This document shows, piece after piece, positions 62,113-64,000 of a stretch of DNA of 64,000 nucleotides. The DNA comes from Minutocellus sp. GHC0000111 (lineage: Eukaryota). Numbering within the stretch: position 1 is the first letter of the stretch; each line of letters opens with the position of its first letter. The position numbers and the translations under genes are program-made. The DNA lies in contig OZ361260.1 of assembly GCA_977018835.1 (NCBI GenBank), positions 496,001 to 560,000 on the forward strand. The letters run 5' to 3'. The notes beneath the pieces are model-generated. The model worked only from the letters and a program-made list of their open reading frames with translations, was not told where the DNA came from and did no database searches.

Positions 62113-63234
62113 TTATGCCATGCTCAACCTGCGAGTCTGCAGTTTGGCAAGGCGGGTCTTTGCGGCGCTTTTCAGATAGTCATTGAGATGCTGCACCGGG
62201 CAAGTACCATCGGCCACCTTGCCATAGTAGTACATCGCCTTCTCCTTGTTCATATTTACAGTGACATGTCCAAAGTGATACCAGCAAGCTAAGTTCCAAT
62301 TGGCGAGGTCGGAACCGAGGCCGGCGGCAAGGCCCGATAGCATGAAGCCCTCACAAACATTGCGGTCCGTCCCCCACCCCTCAACCAGACACGATCCTGC
62401 ACTGGCCATGCCCTTGGCATCGTTCGCGTCGGCGGCTTTTTTAAAGTACTCGAAGCCCACCTTCTTGTCGACATCAAAACCGTGCCGACCATGAAAATGC
62501 CACTGGCCGACTTCCCACATGACTGAAACATCCCCTTCATTGGCCCTCTTGACGTAGTCCTCGACCATCTGCTTGGTCTCCATTCCCTTCCTCCATGCAT
62601 CGGCATAATCTCCGTGGATGACATCGTTCTCGATGAGGTGGCGAATCGTGTTGCGAACATGGATGGCAGGGAGGAGAGTCTGACCCATCAGGGCATTCGT
62701 CATCGGACTTCGGACCTTGGGCAACTTTCTCTTGGGAACATCGGTTTCGCCGGCGACACGGCCACGCTGCAGACGCTCGCCGCCAACTCCCACGCTAAAC
62801 CCACCGAGCCGAAAGCTGAAGCTACCAAGGACGTAGTCCAGAACGCCACGCCAATATTCATAAATGCCTCCTCCCCGACCAGCACCAGCACCAGCGCCAG
62901 CGATTGGACTGCCGGGTTCGGCCACCGGATTTTCCCAGAAGTGCTTCTTGATGGCCGCCCGCTCGTAGGTGCACCCGTCCTCGGCGGTCACCGGGTCAAT
63001 GGGCAATTCACGGGTGATAGGGCACAACAATTCCTTGACAACAAAGTCGCCACCGACATGATGCTTGGCCCGCTTGGTGTGCTTGGATGGGTCAACAGCG
63101 TCGGCACCGGCGTCTTCGTCCCGTGGCCGTTTGTTGCTCGTTGAGTTAGACTCCATGTTCTCAGTTTTTGCCAAATCACTGCTGGGCATGTTCGAGTTGG
63201 ACTGTTCCACGGCCACGCTCTCACTTTGTGTCAT
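62113..63234 (-). CDS. U-box plus Sel1-repeat protein
   Basis: LLCPITRELPIDPVTAEDGCTYERAAI...SPMTN U-box; Sel1 repeats (GFEYFKKAAD, EGWGTDRN, KAMYYY). Confidence 0.88.
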   Translation of the reverse strand: MTQSESVAVEQSNSNMPSSDLAKTENMESNSTSNKRPRDEDAGADAVDPSKHTKRAKHHVGGDFVVKELLCPITRELPIDPVTAEDGCTYERAAIKKHFWENPVAEPGSPIAGAGAGAGRGGGIYEYWRGVLDYVLGSFSFRLGGFSVGVGGERLQRGRVAGETDVPKRKLPKVRSPMTNALMGQTLLPAIHVRNTIRHLIENDVIHGDYADAWRKGMETKQMVEDYVKRANEGDVSVMWEVGQWHFHGRHGFDVDKKVGFEYFKKAADANDAKGMASAGSCLVEGWGTDRNVCEGFMLSGLAAGLGSDLANWNLACWYHFGHVTVNMNKEKAMYYYGKVADGTCPVQHLNDYLKSAAKTRLAKLQTRRLSMA

Positions 63235-63581
63235 TATTATCTCCCAAGGATACAACGATTTGGTAAATTAGCTGCGGTAATTCCTGATAAATGACACTGA
63301 TGAGCAGTCAAGGACCGCGACCGGCCGTTCGGAATTACTTGCGATCGTTTGCCGCCCCCCTCTTGCTTTGCGCTTCCGCGGCGTTGCTGTTTCGAGTTTC
63401 GACACTCCTCAACCAAATTTTCCCCTGTATTTAGCCTCAACTCTTAAAGTAGAGGAGTAATTATCATCAGCATAGCACCATGCATGATATCGGCAAATTA
63501 TCATGCCATTGTGGCTGACCTGTGGCATTGCTGCTGACTGTTCCTCTCTGAGTAAAAGAAACTTGGCCGTCCGATAGCATT

Positions 63582-64000
63582 ATGTCTGAAGTCGACAAGC
63601 CGGCAGAGAAGAAAGACGATGAAGCCGAGAGAGCCCCCAAAAGGAGCCGCTCTGATGCAGACACCAACGCCACCAACGCCAATCCGACAAAAGTGGACGA
63701 ATCATTTACATCTCTCAAGTCCAGAATGAAGGAAAGTATGTCTAAGGATGGCATAATCAACATGGTTCAGGAGATATGGGAGAGCGAACATGCCAGCAAA
63801 CAGACTCGCGAGCTCATATTCGACACGATCAAGTGCAAGCATGAGGAGAGAATGGCCAAGCTGAGGGACTCATGGATGCCCGCTAATGACCAGACCATCA
63901 TGCTAAATTACGACTGGAAGAGTGAGGATAGCCGGTTCATCTTCAAGGTCAAGAGTGTGATCGATAGCAAGTCCAAAACAATAATGTTGCAAGGCGAAGG
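63582..64000 (+). CDS. 5' part of a hypothetical protein running off the window
   Basis: The frame starting ATG TCT GAA GTC stays open to the window end (~139 codons); divergent from the U-box gene. Confidence 0.6.
   Translation, partial: MSEVDKPAEKKDDEAERAPKRSRSDADTNATNANPTKVDESFTSLKSRMKESMSKDGIINMVQEIWESEHASKQTRELIFDTIKCKHEERMAKLRDSWMPANDQTIMLNYDWKSEDSRFIFKVKSVIDSKSKTIMLQGE

Overview
Eukaryotic nuclear DNA, most likely a diatom: introns are ~100-150 nt, one gene has a bipartite plastid-targeting leader, and a DUF1800-DUF1501 fusion and a PS/PT-repeat protein are present. About 20 protein-coding loci were recognised, mostly in head-to-head pairs: an HMT1/ABCB6-type half transporter, a giant protease-like/SF2-like ATPase protein, a Tudor-like protein, a PDR/ABCG transporter, a flavodoxin-domain pseudogene, an EEP hydrolase, a METTL21-type methyltransferase, a truncated SOS1-like antiporter, TPR-DnaJ, cyclophilin-like, DUF1800/1501, PARP-like, PS/PT-repeat, copper amine oxidase, P450, EGY-like, D-cysteine desulfhydrase-like and U-box/Sel1 genes. 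There is a complete 4.45-kb Kolobok-type DNA transposon (TTAA flanks, 17-bp TIRs, transposase plus convergent KolX-like ORF), a 177-bp Tc1/pogo-type MITE, a 1.75-kb inverted duplication next to a 200-N gap, and an unusually high load of frameshifts and in-frame TAG stops. The most striking signal is a strong TpA depletion, with apparent Tyr->Cys/His replacement, confined to the left ~2 kb of the transposon. This suggests a RIP-like TpA->TpG/CpA hypermutation process. All calls come from reading motifs by eye and hand counts; no database searches were run.
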